A stretch of 64,000 nucleotides of DNA, from NCBI RefSeq assembly GCF_036507355.1, contig NZ_AP027877.1, one strand, 5' to 3'. Made by a program: the position numbers and the translations under genes. Under the pieces are notes generated by a model. The model saw only the letters and a list, made by a program, of their open reading frames with translations, searched no databases and was not told the origin of the DNA. Source of the stretch: Escherichia coli. GTDB lineage: Bacteria > Pseudomonadota > Gammaproteobacteria > Enterobacterales > Enterobacteriaceae. This document shows positions 14,098-31,075 of this stretch, in pieces (positions within the stretch are counted from its first letter, which is position 1; each line of letters starts with the position of its first letter).

Positions 14098-17004
14098 ATG
14101 CCTTTTACACTTGGTCAACGCTGGATCAGCGATACAGAAAGCGAATTGGGACTTGGAACCGTTGTCGCGGTGGATGCGCGAACTGTCACTTTACTTTTCC
14201 CATCTACTGGTGAAAACCGTCTGTACGCACGCAGTGATTCCCCCGTGACCCGCGTGATGTTCAACCCTGGTGATACCATTACCAGCCATGACGGCTGGCA
14301 GATGCAAGTCGAAGAAGTAAAAGAAGAAAATGGCTTGCTGACCTATATCGGTACTCGCCTGGATACTGAAGAGTCCGGCGTAGCCCTGCGTGAAGTTTTC
14401 CTTGATAGCAAACTGGTGTTCAGCAAACCGCAGGACCGCCTGTTTGCCGGGCAGATTGACCGTATGGACCGCTTTGCGCTGCGTTATCGCGCGCGTAAGT
14501 ATTCCAGCGAACAGTTCCGTATGCCGTACAGCGGCCTGCGCGGTCAGCGTACCAGCCTGATCCCGCACCAGCTCAACATCGCTCATGATGTTGGCCGCCG
14601 CCACGCGCCGCGCGTCCTGCTGGCTGACGAAGTGGGTTTAGGGAAAACCATTGAAGCCGGGATGATCCTTCATCAGCAACTGCTCTCTGGCGCTGCTGAA
14701 CGTGTGCTGATTATCGTCCCGGAAACCTTACAGCATCAGTGGCTGGTAGAAATGCTGCGCCGTTTCAACCTGCGCTTTGCGCTGTTTGATGATGAGCGTT
14801 ATGCCGAAGCTCAGCACGATGCTTACAACCCGTTCGACACCGAACAGCTGGTGATTTGCTCGCTGGATTTTGCCCGTCGTAGCAAACAGCGCCTGGAACA
14901 TCTCTGTGAAGCCGAATGGGACCTGCTGGTGGTCGATGAAGCGCATCACCTGGTGTGGAGCGAAGATGCGCCAAGCCGTGAATATCAGGCCATTGAACAA
15001 CTGGCAGAGCACGTGCCGGGCGTTCTGCTGCTGACCGCGACCCCGGAACAGCTGGGGATGGAAAGCCACTTCGCCCGTCTGCGTCTGCTGGACCCGAACC
15101 GTTTCCACGATTTTGCACAGTTCGTTGAAGAGCAGAAAAATTATCGTCCGGTTGCGGACGCCGTTGCCATGCTGCTGGCAGGTAACAAACTGAGCAATGA
15201 CGAACTGAACATGCTCGGCGAGATGATCGGCGAGCAGGATATCGAGCCGCTGTTGCAGGCAGCAAACAGCGACAGCGAAGATGCCCAGAGCGCCCGTCAG
15301 GAGCTGGTTTCGATGCTGATGGATCGCCACGGCACCAGCCGCGTGCTGTTCCGTAACACCCGTAACGGTGTGAAAGGATTCCCGAAACGCGAGCTGCACA
15401 CCATTAAGCTGCCGCTACCGACGCAGTATCAGACGGCTATTAAAGTCTCCGGCATTATGGGCGCACGCAAAAGTGCGGAAGATCGCGCCCGCGATATGCT
15501 CTACCCGGAGCGTATTTATCAGGAATTTGAAGGTGATAACGCCACCTGGTGGAACTTCGATCCGCGCGTTGAGTGGCTGATGGGCTACCTGACCAGCCAT
15601 CGCTCTCAGAAAGTGCTGGTGATCTGCGCTAAAGCTGCCACTGCGCTGCAACTGGAGCAAGTACTGCGCGAACGTGAAGGTATCCGCGCTGCTGTGTTCC
15701 ACGAAGGCATGTCGATTATTGAGCGTGACCGCGCTGCCGCCTGGTTTGCTGAAGAAGACACCGGCGCACAGGTACTGCTGTGCTCGGAAATCGGTTCTGA
15801 AGGACGTAACTTCCAGTTCGCCAGCCACATGGTAATGTTTGACCTGCCATTCAACCCGGATCTGCTGGAGCAGCGTATTGGTCGTCTGGATCGTATCGGT
15901 CAGGCGCACGATATTCAGATCCATGTGCCTTATCTGGAAAAAACTGCTCAGTCGGTGCTGGTGCGCTGGTATCACGAAGGTCTGGATGCATTCGAGCACA
16001 CCTGCCCGACCGGACGCACTATTTACGATAGCGTCTACAACGATCTGATTAACTATCTGGCTTCACCGGATCAAACCGAAGGCTTTGACGATCTGATCAA
16101 AAACTGCCGCGAGCAACATGAAGCGCTGAAAGCACAACTGGAACAGGGGCGTGACCGCCTGCTGGAAATCCACTCCAACGGTGGCGAAAAAGCCCAGGCA
16201 CTGGCAGAAAGCATTGAAGAGCAGGATGACGATACCAACCTGATCGCCTTCGCCATGAACCTGTTCGATATTATCGGTATCAATCAGGACGATCGCGGCG
16301 ACAACATGATCGTGCTGACCCCGTCCGATCATATGCTGGTGCCGGACTTCCCTGGCCTGTCGGAAGATGGCATCACCATCACCTTTGATCGTGAAGTGGC
16401 GCTGGCGCGTGAAGATGCACAGTTTATTACCTGGGAGCATCCGCTGATCCGCAACGGTCTGGATCTGATCCTTTCTGGCGATACTGGTAGCAGCACGATT
16501 TCACTGTTGAAAAACAAAGCGTTGCCGGTAGGTACGCTGTTGGTGGAACTGATTTACGTGGTCGAAGCCCAGGCGCCGAAGCAGTTGCAGCTCAACCGCT
16601 TCCTGCCACCGACGCCGGTACGTATGCTGCTGGATAAAAATGGCAACAACCTGGCGGCCCAGGTGGAGTTTGAAACCTTTAACCGCCAGCTTAACGCGGT
16701 CAACCGTCACACCGGCAGCAAACTGGTTAATGCCGTGCAGCAGGATGTTCACGCTATCCTTCAGCTGGGTGAAGCGCAGATCGAGAAATCGGCCCGTGCA
16801 TTGATTGATACCGCACGTAACGAAGCCGACGAAAAACTGTCTGCCGAGCTGTCTCGTCTGGAAGCGCTGCGCGCAGTGAACCCGAACATTCGTGACGACG
16901 AACTGACCGCCATTGAGAGCAACCGTCAGCAGGTAATGGAAAGCCTGGATCAGGCAGGCTGGCGTCTGGATGCCCTGCGTTTGATCGTTGTAACGCATCA
17001 GTAA
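14098..17004 (+). CDS. rapA: RNA polymerase-associated Swi2/Snf2 ATPase RapA (HepA)
   Basis: 968-aa product with helicase motifs DEVGLGKT and DEAHH. Confidence 0.95.
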   Translation: MPFTLGQRWISDTESELGLGTVVAVDARTVTLLFPSTGENRLYARSDSPVTRVMFNPGDTITSHDGWQMQVEEVKEENGLLTYIGTRLDTEESGVALREVFLDSKLVFSKPQDRLFAGQIDRMDRFALRYRARKYSSEQFRMPYSGLRGQRTSLIPHQLNIAHDVGRRHAPRVLLADEVGLGKTIEAGMILHQQLLSGAAERVLIIVPETLQHQWLVEMLRRFNLRFALFDDERYAEAQHDAYNPFDTEQLVICSLDFARRSKQRLEHLCEAEWDLLVVDEAHHLVWSEDAPSREYQAIEQLAEHVPGVLLLTATPEQLGMESHFARLRLLDPNRFHDFAQFVEEQKNYRPVADAVAMLLAGNKLSNDELNMLGEMIGEQDIEPLLQAANSDSEDAQSARQELVSMLMDRHGTSRVLFRNTRNGVKGFPKRELHTIKLPLPTQYQTAIKVSGIMGARKSAEDRARDMLYPERIYQEFEGDNATWWNFDPRVEWLMGYLTSHRSQKVLVICAKAATALQLEQVLREREGIRAAVFHEGMSIIERDRAAAWFAEEDTGAQVLLCSEIGSEGRNFQFASHMVMFDLPFNPDLLEQRIGRLDRIGQAHDIQIHVPYLEKTAQSVLVRWYHEGLDAFEHTCPTGRTIYDSVYNDLINYLASPDQTEGFDDLIKNCREQHEALKAQLEQGRDRLLEIHSNGGEKAQALAESIEEQDDDTNLIAFAMNLFDIIGINQDDRGDNMIVLTPSDHMLVPDFPGLSEDGITITFDREVALAREDAQFITWEHPLIRNGLDLILSGDTGSSTISLLKNKALPVGTLLVELIYVVEAQAPKQLQLNRFLPPTPVRMLLDKNGNNLAAQVEFETFNRQLNAVNRHTGSKLVNAVQQDVHAILQLGEAQIEKSARALIDTARNEADEKLSAELSRLEALRAVNPNIRDDELTAIESNRQQVMESLDQAGWRLDALRLIVVTHQ

Positions 17005-17015
17005 CGGAGCCGAAA

Positions 17016-17675
17016 ATGGGGATGGAAAACTACAATCCACCGCAGGAACCCTGGTTGGTTATCCTGTATCAGGATGACCACATTATGGTGGTCAACAAGC
17101 CGAGCGGTTTGTTGTCTGTGCCGGGTCGTCTGGAAGAGCACAAAGACAGCGTGATGACGCGCATTCAGCGTGATTATCCGCAGGCAGAATCGGTGCATCG
17201 TCTGGATATGGCTACCAGCGGCGTGATTGTAGTGGCGCTGACCAAAGCCGCGGAGCGGGAGTTAAAACGCCAGTTCCGCGAGCGCGAGCCGAAAAAGCAG
17301 TATGTGGCCCGCGTCTGGGGGCATCCATCCCCTGCGGAAGGTCTGGTAGATCTGCCGCTGATTTGCGACTGGCCAAACCGCCCGAAACAGAAAGTCTGTT
17401 ACGAAACAGGTAAACCTGCGCAGACGGAATATGAAGTGGTGGAGTATGCGGCGGATAACACGGCAAGAGTGGTGTTAAAACCGATTACCGGGCGTTCGCA
17501 TCAATTGCGTGTGCATATGCTGGCGCTGGGGCATCCGATTCTCGGCGATCGTTTTTATGCATCACCAGAAGCGAGAGCAATGGCACCGCGTTTGTTGCTA
17601 CATGCAGAGATGCTGACGATTACCCATCCGGCGTATGGCAATAGTATGACGTTTAAAGCGCCAGCGGATTTTTAA
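17016..17675 (+). CDS. rluA: 23S rRNA / tRNA pseudouridine synthase A
   Basis: 219-aa product with HRLDMATSG catalytic motif. Confidence 0.93.
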   Translation: MGMENYNPPQEPWLVILYQDDHIMVVNKPSGLLSVPGRLEEHKDSVMTRIQRDYPQAESVHRLDMATSGVIVVALTKAAERELKRQFREREPKKQYVARVWGHPSPAEGLVDLPLICDWPNRPKQKVCYETGKPAQTEYEVVEYAADNTARVVLKPITGRSHQLRVHMLALGHPILGDRFYASPEARAMAPRLLLHAEMLTITHPAYGNSMTFKAPADF

Positions 17676-17689
17676 TAGTCACGCTGGCG

Positions 17690-17790
17690 CGATTAGGTAG
17701 GCTAGAGAAGGCGTTAACGCCACATCAGGCAATTTTGCGCCGATTGCCTGATGCGACGCGGGCCGCGTCTTATCAGGCCTACAGTTTGAA
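17690..17790. repeat. REP element cluster
   Basis: cctgatgcgacgcgggccgcgtcttatcaggcctac and related palindromic units between rluA and djlA. Confidence 0.65.
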
Positions 17791-17792
17791 AC

Positions 17793-18608
17793 TTATTTAA
17801 ACCCTTTCTGCTGCTTTATCAGCTCATACGCCTGCTGAATTTCCTGCGCTTTCTGCTTCGCCATCTCCATCATCTCAGGCGGCAAACCTTTCGCTACCAA
17901 CTTATCGGGATGGTGTTCACTCATCAGCTTACGGTAGGCACGTTTGATGGTGGTCGCATCATCCGTAGGCTTCACGCCCAGCACATTACAGGCATCTTCC
18001 AGCGTCGGGCCACGCTGCGCTTGCTGCCAGTTACCACCGCCAGATTGCTGCTGATAACCGCCGCCAAACTGTGCACCGCCCTGCATCATGCGTAAAAACT
18101 GGTCAAACTGGGCACGGGAGATCCCTAATTCTTCAGCAATAACATACAGCACCGCCCGTTCATTCGGGTGCAGTGAACCATCAGCAAATGCCGCCTGAAT
18201 CTGGATCTCCAGAAACATACGAATTAAGTCAAAACGACCAAAGCAGACACTGCGAAACTGGCGCATCTTTTCGCGCAGCGGGTAATTGTCTGATTTTCCC
18301 ACCCGGAACGCGTTTTGCGCCGCAGTACGGGAAGCGCCATGAAGGTTCATTCGGTCCATCAACTGGCTGGCGATATGAATATCAGCCTCCGTGACGCGAC
18401 CTTTGGATTTGGTTAAATGCCCCATCACTTCAAAAGTGGTGGCAAAAAACAGCGCCTGACGCTCACGCTGGTTGGCGAACCACGCCATTTTACGGCTACG
18501 GGCTTTATCAAACATATGGCCAATTAACAGGCCTAACACTACGCCCCAAAAGCCGCCGCCCATCAGTAAGGCCACGGCCACGCCAATGATTTTTCCCCAA
18601 TACTGCAT
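17793..18608 (-). CDS. djlA: DnaJ-like membrane co-chaperone DjlA
   Basis: 271-aa product [22 protein letters not shown]... with C-terminal J-domain HPD motif; ORF track start trimmed. Confidence 0.93.
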   Translation of the reverse strand: MQYWGKIIGVAVALLMGGGFWGVVLGLLIGHMFDKARSRKMAWFANQRERQALFFATTFEVMGHLTKSKGRVTEADIHIASQLMDRMNLHGASRTAAQNAFRVGKSDNYPLREKMRQFRSVCFGRFDLIRMFLEIQIQAAFADGSLHPNERAVLYVIAEELGISRAQFDQFLRMMQGGAQFGGGYQQQSGGGNWQQAQRGPTLEDACNVLGVKPTDDATTIKRAYRKLMSEHHPDKLVAKGLPPEMMEMAKQKAQEIQQAYELIKQQKGFK

Positions 18609-18862
18609 ATATTCCCCAAATCGACACACGGATATCAGGGCTATCTCCCACAATATAAAGGTGCTTTTACCGTTTTCCGGCTGCGGTCAATTGTGGGACA
18701 TCGCCTATAATTTGCATTATCATACCTGTCATTCAATGCCGTGCCTAACACCACTGACGCTATTCGGACAGGATTAACACTAGCGTAGAGATGACGAGTA
18801 CGTTAGTCTCTGACCGTTTGTCACGCGCAACGTTACCGATGATGGAACAATAAAATCAACGT

Positions 18863-21217
18863 ATGAAAAAACGTATCCCCACTCTCCTGGCCACCATGAT
18901 TGCCACCGCCCTTTATAGTCAACAGGGACTGGCAGCCGACCTCGCCTCACAGTGCATGTTGGGCGTGCCAAGCTATGACCGTCCTCTGGTACAGGGCGAT
19001 ACCAATGACTTACCCGTGACTATCAATGCTGACCACGCGAAAGGGGACTACCCGGATGACGCCGTGTTTACTGGCAGCGTGGATATCATGCAGGGTAACA
19101 GCCGTCTGCAGGCCGACGAAGTGCAGCTCCATCAAAAAGAGGCACCAGGACAACCGGAGCCGGTACGTACCGTTGATGCGCTCGGTAATGTCCATTACGA
19201 CGATAACCAGGTGATCCTCAAAGGGCCGAAAGGCTGGGCGAATCTGAACACCAAAGATACCAACGTCTGGGAGGGTGATTACCAGATGGTGGGTCGCCAG
19301 GGACGCGGTAAAGCGGACCTGATGAAACAACGTGGCGAAAACCGCTATACCATTCTGGATAACGGTAGCTTTACCTCCTGTCTGCCGGGTTCTGACACCT
19401 GGAGCGTGGTAGGTAGCGAAATTATTCATGACCGCGAAGAACAAGTGGCCGAAATCTGGAACGCCCGTTTTAAAGTTGGCCCGGTGCCAATCTTCTACAG
19501 CCCCTATTTGCAGTTACCGGTGGGTGACAAACGCCGCTCTGGTTTCTTGATCCCGAACGCCAAGTACACCACCACCAACTACTTTGAGTTCTACCTGCCA
19601 TATTACTGGAACATCGCGCCAAATATGGATGCCACCATCACGCCGCATTATATGCATCGTCGTGGCAACATCATGTGGGAGAACGAATTCCGCTACCTCT
19701 CCCAGGCGGGCGCTGGCTTGATGGAACTGGACTATCTGCCTTCAGATAAAGTCTATGAAGATGAACACCCGAACGATGACAGTTCACGTCGTTGGTTATT
19801 CTACTGGCAACACTCCGGGGTCATGGATCAGGTGTGGCGTTTCAACGTCGACTACACCAAGGTCAGCGATCCTAGCTACTTCAATGATTTCGATAACAAG
19901 TACGGTTCCAGTACTGACGGCTACGCAACGCAAAAATTCAGCGTTGGCTATGCGGTGCAAAACTTCAATGCCACCGTTTCAACCAAGCAGTTCCAGGTCT
20001 TCAGCGAACAGAACACCAGTAGCTACTCGGCAGAGCCGCAGTTAGACGTTAACTACTACCAGAATGATGTTGGTCCGTTTGATACGCGTATTTACGGCCA
20101 GGCAGTGCACTTTGTTAACACCAGAGACGACATGCCTGAAGCAACTCGTGTTCACCTGGAACCGACCATCAATTTGCCGCTCTCTAATAACTGGGGCAGC
20201 ATCAATACCGAAGCGAAGTTGCTGGCAACCCATTATCAGCAAACCAATCTTGACTGGTATAACTCCAGAAACACGACCAAGCTGGACGAATCCGTTAACC
20301 GCGTAATGCCGCAATTCAAAGTTGACGGCAAAATGGTCTTTGAACGCGATATGGAAATGCTGGCTCCGGGTTATACCCAAACGCTGGAACCGCGCGCGCA
20401 GTATTTGTACGTGCCGTATCGCGATCAGAGCGACATCTATAACTACGACTCGTCTCTGCTGCAATCTGACTACTCTGGCCTGTTCCGGGACCGGACTTAC
20501 GGCGGTCTTGACCGTATTGCCTCCGCTAACCAGGTGACGACCGGTGTCACATCTCGCATATATGATGATGCTGCCGTTGAACGTTTTAATATTTCCGTTG
20601 GTCAAATCTACTATTTCACGGAGTCTCGCACTGGCGATGACAACATAACATGGGAGAATGACGACAAAACGGGCTCACTGGTGTGGGCAGGCGATACTTA
20701 CTGGCGTATCTCCGAGCGTTGGGGATTGCGTGGCGGGATTCAGTACGATACACGTCTGGATAACGTAGCGACCAGTAACTCCAGCATTGAATACCGTCGG
20801 GATGAAGACCGTCTGGTACAGCTGAATTACCGTTACGCCAGCCCGGAATATATTCAGGCTACGCTGCCTAAGTACTATTCCACTGCTGAGCAATATAAGA
20901 ATGGTATTTCGCAGGTAGGTGCTGTCGCCAGCTGGCCAATTGCCGATCGTTGGTCCATTGTTGGGGCCTACTACTACGACACCAATGCGAACAAGCAAGC
21001 TGACTCTATGTTAGGTGTGCAATACAGCTCCTGCTGCTATGCAATTCGCGTCGGTTACGAGCGGAAGCTGAACGGTTGGGATAACGATAAACAACATGCG
21101 GTATATGACAACGCAATCGGCTTTAACATCGAACTTCGCGGCCTGAGCTCCAACTACGGTCTGGGTACGCAAGAGATGCTGCGTTCGAACATTCTGCCGT
21201 ATCAAAACACTTTGTGA
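18863..21217 (+). CDS. lptD: LPS assembly outer membrane protein LptD (Imp/OstA)
   Basis: 784-aa product with signal peptide [24 protein letters not shown]. Confidence 0.95.
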   Translation: MKKRIPTLLATMIATALYSQQGLAADLASQCMLGVPSYDRPLVQGDTNDLPVTINADHAKGDYPDDAVFTGSVDIMQGNSRLQADEVQLHQKEAPGQPEPVRTVDALGNVHYDDNQVILKGPKGWANLNTKDTNVWEGDYQMVGRQGRGKADLMKQRGENRYTILDNGSFTSCLPGSDTWSVVGSEIIHDREEQVAEIWNARFKVGPVPIFYSPYLQLPVGDKRRSGFLIPNAKYTTTNYFEFYLPYYWNIAPNMDATITPHYMHRRGNIMWENEFRYLSQAGAGLMELDYLPSDKVYEDEHPNDDSSRRWLFYWQHSGVMDQVWRFNVDYTKVSDPSYFNDFDNKYGSSTDGYATQKFSVGYAVQNFNATVSTKQFQVFSEQNTSSYSAEPQLDVNYYQNDVGPFDTRIYGQAVHFVNTRDDMPEATRVHLEPTINLPLSNNWGSINTEAKLLATHYQQTNLDWYNSRNTTKLDESVNRVMPQFKVDGKMVFERDMEMLAPGYTQTLEPRAQYLYVPYRDQSDIYNYDSSLLQSDYSGLFRDRTYGGLDRIASANQVTTGVTSRIYDDAAVERFNISVGQIYYFTESRTGDDNITWENDDKTGSLVWAGDTYWRISERWGLRGGIQYDTRLDNVATSNSSIEYRRDEDRLVQLNYRYASPEYIQATLPKYYSTAEQYKNGISQVGAVASWPIADRWSIVGAYYYDTNANKQADSMLGVQYSSCCYAIRVGYERKLNGWDNDKQHAVYDNAIGFNIELRGLSSNYGLGTQEMLRSNILPYQNTL

Positions 21218-21269
21218 TTTGTTGATTTACCACGTAATCCGCAGTGCGGTTAATTGAAATGGAAAAAGT

Positions 21270-24363
<3,094 letters not shown>

Positions 24364-24365
24364 CG

Positions 24366-24743
24366 ATGATCAATTCGCCCCGAGTGTGTATTCAGGTTCA
24401 AAGCGTCTACATTGAGGCTCAATCTTCACCTGATAATGAACGTTACGTTTTTGCTTATACCGTAACCATACGCAATCTGGGGCGAGCGCCAGTGCAGTTG
24501 TTGGGGCGTTACTGGCTGATCACCAATGGCAATGGCCGTGAAACCGAAGTCCAGGGCGAAGGAGTGGTTGGCGTCCAGCCACTTATCGCGCCTGGCGAAG
24601 AGTACCAGTACACCAGCGGTGCAATCATTGAAACCCCGCTGGGCACCATGCAGGGTCACTACGAAATGATCGATGAAAATGGCGTCCCTTTCAGCATCGA
24701 CATTCCCGTATTCCGACTCGCCGTTCCCACACTCATTCATTAA
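24366..24743 (+). CDS. apaG: ApaG (DUF525) protein
   Basis: 125-aa product [19 protein letters not shown]...; ORF track start trimmed. Confidence 0.9.
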   Translation: MINSPRVCIQVQSVYIEAQSSPDNERYVFAYTVTIRNLGRAPVQLLGRYWLITNGNGRETEVQGEGVVGVQPLIAPGEEYQYTSGAIIETPLGTMQGHYEMIDENGVPFSIDIPVFRLAVPTLIH

Positions 24744-24749
24744 AAGAAT

Positions 24750-25598
24750 ATGGCGACATACCTTATTGGCGACGTTCATGGTTGTTACGATGAACTGATC
24801 GCATTGCTGCATAAAGTAGAATTTACCCCTGGGAAAGATACCCTCTGGCTGACGGGCGATCTGGTCGCGCGCGGCCCGGGTTCGCTGGATGTTCTGCGCT
24901 ATGTGAAATCCTTAGGCGACAGCGTACGTCTGGTGCTGGGCAATCACGATCTGCATCTGCTGGCGGTATTTGCCGGGATCAGCCGCAATAAACCGAAAGA
25001 TCGCCTGACACCGCTGCTGGAAGCGCCGGATGCCGACGAGCTGCTTAACTGGCTGCGTCGCCAGCCTCTGCTGCAAATCGACGAAGAGAAAAAGCTGGTG
25101 ATGGCCCACGCAGGGATCACGCCGCAGTGGGATCTGCAGACCGCCAAAGAGTGCGCGCGCGATGTAGAAGCGGTGCTGTCGAGTGACTCCTATCCCTTCT
25201 TTCTCGACGCTATGTACGGCGATATGCCAAATAACTGGTCACCGGAATTGCGGGGGCTGGGAAGACTGCGGTTTATCACCAACGCCTTTACCCGTATGCG
25301 TTTTTGCTTCCCGAACGGTCAACTGGATATGTACAGCAAAGAATCGCCGGAAGAGGCCCCTGCCCCACTGAAACCGTGGTTTGCGATTCCTGGCCCTGTC
25401 GCTGAAGAATACAGCATCGCCTTTGGTCACTGGGCATCGCTGGAAGGCAAAGGTACGCCGGAAGGTATTTACGCGCTGGATACAGGCTGTTGCTGGGGCG
25501 GTTCATTAACCTGCCTGCGCTGGGAAGATAAACACTATTTTGTCCAGCCGTCGAACCGACATAAGGATTTGGGTGAGGGAGAGGCGGTCGCGTCTTAA
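24750..25598 (+). CDS. apaH: Diadenosine tetraphosphatase
   Basis: 282-aa product [16 protein letters not shown]... with metallophosphatase motifs GDLVARG and GNHD. Confidence 0.94.
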   Translation: MATYLIGDVHGCYDELIALLHKVEFTPGKDTLWLTGDLVARGPGSLDVLRYVKSLGDSVRLVLGNHDLHLLAVFAGISRNKPKDRLTPLLEAPDADELLNWLRRQPLLQIDEEKKLVMAHAGITPQWDLQTAKECARDVEAVLSSDSYPFFLDAMYGDMPNNWSPELRGLGRLRFITNAFTRMRFCFPNGQLDMYSKESPEEAPAPLKPWFAIPGPVAEEYSIAFGHWASLEGKGTPEGIYALDTGCCWGGSLTCLRWEDKHYFVQPSNRHKDLGEGEAVAS

Positions 25599-25909
25599 AT
25601 CCCGTCGAGCATAAAATCTAATGCTCCTTTAATCAACGTTCGGTGCGCGCTGGCATCGCAAAATTTCGTTCCCAGCGCGTTAACTGGAACAGTTGCAGTC
25701 TCATGCGTCATGAGCACATATTCTTTGCCGTCTACCAGTAAAAGGATTGGGTTAAGCCGTTCTGGTGGGCGAATACGGATAAATCGTTCAATAGGTGTTA
25801 ATGGAATAACAATACGGCGATTAATCACACCAATAATGTCGCTGGTAACATCGATAACAAAGGGAAACGCGGCGTTCCTGCTGCGACTGCGGTATACCGT
25901 AAATTGCAT
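25595..25909 (-). CDS. ccdB: CcdB-family toxin (chromosomal ccd locus)
   Basis: 104-aa product [27 protein letters not shown]... similar to F-plasmid CcdB (MQFKVYTYKRES...DVQSDIID...); immediately downstream of ccdA with a 2-bp gap; stop overlaps the apaH stop. Confidence 0.8.
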   Translation of the reverse strand: MQFTVYRSRSRNAAFPFVIDVTSDIIGVINRRIVIPLTPIERFIRIRPPERLNPILLLVDGKEYVLMTHETATVPVNALGTKFCDASAHRTLIKGALDFMLDGI

Positions 25910-25911
25910 CG

Positions 25912-26145
25912 CTAGAAGCTCCGGTACTCATCAGAGAAACATCCGGTTTCATCAGCCAATTGATTTAACGCAGCGATAGCTTCTGCGTTCTCTTCACGCC
26001 AACGTGTTGCTGCATGTTTTTTAAGTTCAGCATTGAGCGCAACCGTAAGGGTGGCGCTCATATTTAAGCCTGCATCACGAGCGCGATTGACTAACTCACG
26101 GTCGACGGTGACGGTCACACTTTGTGTGGTACGTTTTGCAGTCAT
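25912..26145 (-). CDS. ccdA: CcdA-family antitoxin (chromosomal ccd locus)
   Basis: 77-aa product with ...SVTVTVDRELVNRAR...RWREENAEAIAALN... resembling F-plasmid CcdA; small acidic C-terminus; operon with ccdB. Confidence 0.78.
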   Translation of the reverse strand: MTAKRTTQSVTVTVDRELVNRARDAGLNMSATLTVALNAELKKHAATRWREENAEAIAALNQLADETGCFSDEYRSF

Positions 26146-26230
26146 GATATCGTGCTCCTGTACAATTTATACGTCTAGTATACACGGATATCTGCACGTA
26201 TCAGTGATGCCGGAATTCTAATATACAAAA

Positions 26231-28756
<2,526 letters not shown>

Positions 28757-28764
<8 letters not shown>

Positions 28765-29287
28765 GATGGGCCTCCTGCCATTCCAGCAGACGTTGCTTAT
28801 AGTGGCGCGCCTGCCCTTCGAGGGTTTCGTCGTCACAAATAAAGGTGCAGTGCATGGCAAACGGAGGCAGCCAGTTCAGCCCGCAGTAGATTGCCGTCGC
28901 CTGTAGCGGCTGCGACAGCACATCAAAGCCCGGATGCGCACCAATTTCAAAATGGCTTTCCCCGCCGCCGGTCGTCACCGCCCACAGCAAATGTTTGCCA
29001 TGCAGCGCCGTGCCGCCGTGACCGTAAGCCCAGCCGTGGGAGAAGACTTTATCGATCCAAAGTTTAAGGAGCGGTGGAATGCTGTACCACTGCATCGGGT
29101 GCTGCCAGACGATCAGATCGGCGCGAGACAGCGCCTCCTGCTCGGCGGCAATATCGATATTGAAGTCAGGATAGAGTTGATAAAGAGAGCGAATTTCGAC
29201 GCCATCCAGCGTCCTTGCCTGTTCAAGCATCCGTTTATTCGCATGGGAATGATGCGGATACGGATGCGCATAAATTATGAGGATCAT
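28757..29287 (-). CDS. kefF: KefC ancillary flavoprotein (quinone oxidoreductase) KefF
   Basis: 176-aa product [23 protein letters not shown]...; overlaps kefC start. Confidence 0.93.
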
Positions 29288-29397
29288 AGTTATTAGCCCG
29301 CGTGTTTACGCCTTTGTTTTCCCACAAAGTGTAGTCATATATTCACGCGGCTTATAGTCAATAATATTGATTCAGAAAAGAGAGAAATCTGAACAAA

Positions 29398-30729
29398 TTA
29401 TCCCATTCTCTGCCCGCGGATCGTCATATTGCTGGTCTGCGCCAGTGACATTCCTCGAGTCTCCGGGGCAAACGCTACGGAAATCAACAAGCCAAACAGC
29501 GAGATACCCGCCCCCATTAGCATCGTGTTACTGATACCGTAATTATTGATAAAGATCGGCAGTGCCCAGGTCGAAACAATGGTGCCAATACGACTTAAGG
29601 ACATAATCACGCCCACGGCAGAGGCGCGGATATCCGTCGGGAAGAGTTCATTAGGATAGAGCCACTACAAATTACCCGGCCCGCCAGAGAAAAAGGCATA
29701 CACCGCAAAGGCCATCACTACCAGCCAGATCCCCATATCCGGGATTAGCCCCAAAACCGCCAGCGCCAGCGTCATCATGGCAAAGCTGCCAATCAACAAT
29801 GGACGCCGTCCGGCAGTGTTTAGCCACAGCATCGGCGGAATACAGCCGAGCATAAAGAACAGGCTAATCACCACATTCCCCAGCGCCGCGTTTTTGCCAA
29901 CCCCCAATCCCAACAAACCAACGATTTGCGGGCCAAAGGTGTAAATGGCGAACATTGGGATCACCTGGCAGGTCCAGATGGCGGCAACAAACAGAACAAA
30001 AGGAAAATGGCGGCGATTAAACAGATCGCGAAAACGGGTTTGCTGCGGCTGCTCTTCATCGAAAGCCACCGGTTCGCCAAACAGTTTTATCATCATCTCT
30101 TCGCACTCTTTTACTCGCCCTTTGCGTAATAACCAGCGGGGAGATTCAGGCAGTTCGAATCGACCAATCAAAATCAACAAACAGGGGATCGCTGCGCTAC
30201 CCAGCATCCAGCGCCAGCCGCCTTCCACATCATAAAGCCAGTAGCCGACCAGATCGGCGCAGGTCGCGCCGACATACCACATGGCGGCGATAAAGCTGAT
30301 GGAAAATGCCCGCTGACGGGTACTGGAGAACTCGGTGATCATTGAGGTGGCGATGGGATAATCTGCACCGATGACAATGCCGATAAGTACCCGCATCACC
30401 AACAGTTCGACGGGGGATGAAACAAACATCGTCGCCACCGATATCACACCGATGGCGATGATATCAATGAGGAACATTTTGCGCCGTCCGACTTTATCGG
30501 AAATATAGCCAAACAGCGATGTGCCAACGAACAGCCCGGCGAGCGTTCCCGCGCCCAGCAAGCCAATCCAGTCAGCGTCCAGTTTTAGCGCCGGAGTCAG
30601 TTGCTCCAGCGCCACGCCAATCATTACCAGTACATAACCATCCAGAAACGGACCACCGCTTCCCCACAGCAAAATGCGGCGGTGAATAGAGGAGAATTTA
30701 AGATCGTCAAAGTTTCTGGACGGTTGCAT
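29398..30729 (-). pseudogene. yaaU: MFS transporter YaaU disrupted by an in-frame stop codon
   Basis: Two same-frame ORFs (354 aa at 29665..30729 and 72 aa at 29398..29616) together span exactly the 443-codon length of K-12 yaaU; TAG at 29665..29667 (cta on + strand). Confidence 0.75.
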
Positions 30730-30787
30730 GGATTATTCCTGTTTTTTTGCAATGAGAGTCAGTACGGCGTTACGTATCAAACCAACA

Positions 30788-31075
30788 TCAGCCGTAACGG
30801 AACTCCACACCAAAGGTGCCGCGCGGGTATTCCCACTGTTCCAGCGCCGACCCCAGCCCCAGAATGCGACAGGTGCCGCACTCCAGACATCCGGCGTAAT
30901 CGAAGCGCACACTGCCGTCATCCTGCTTCTTGTACAGACCTGCGGGGCACGCTTTCACCAGCAGCTCCAGGGCCTGTTTATCGGCATCGGCCTTCACAAC
31001 AATGTGTGGATGCTCTTCATCGACATTGAATTTATTGACGCCCAGTTTGACGTCCACATTGACGGGAGAAGTCAT
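30788..31075 (-). CDS. fixX: Ferredoxin-like protein FixX
   Basis: 95-aa product with Cys cluster. Confidence 0.92.
   Translation of the reverse strand: MTSPVNVDVKLGVNKFNVDEEHPHIVVKADADKQALELLVKACPAGLYKKQDDGSVRFDYAGCLECGTCRILGLGSALEQWEYPRGTFGVEFRYG

Noticed and set aside
14728-17040. Minus-strand ORFs (125-223 aa) inside rapA
   Set aside because: Antisense to rapA; no independent support
24750-25598. apaH being two codons longer than I recall for K-12, with a ...GEGEAVAS tail
   Set aside because: Minor C-terminal strain variation next to the ccd insertion point; my recollection of the K-12 tail is not precise enough to call it meaningful
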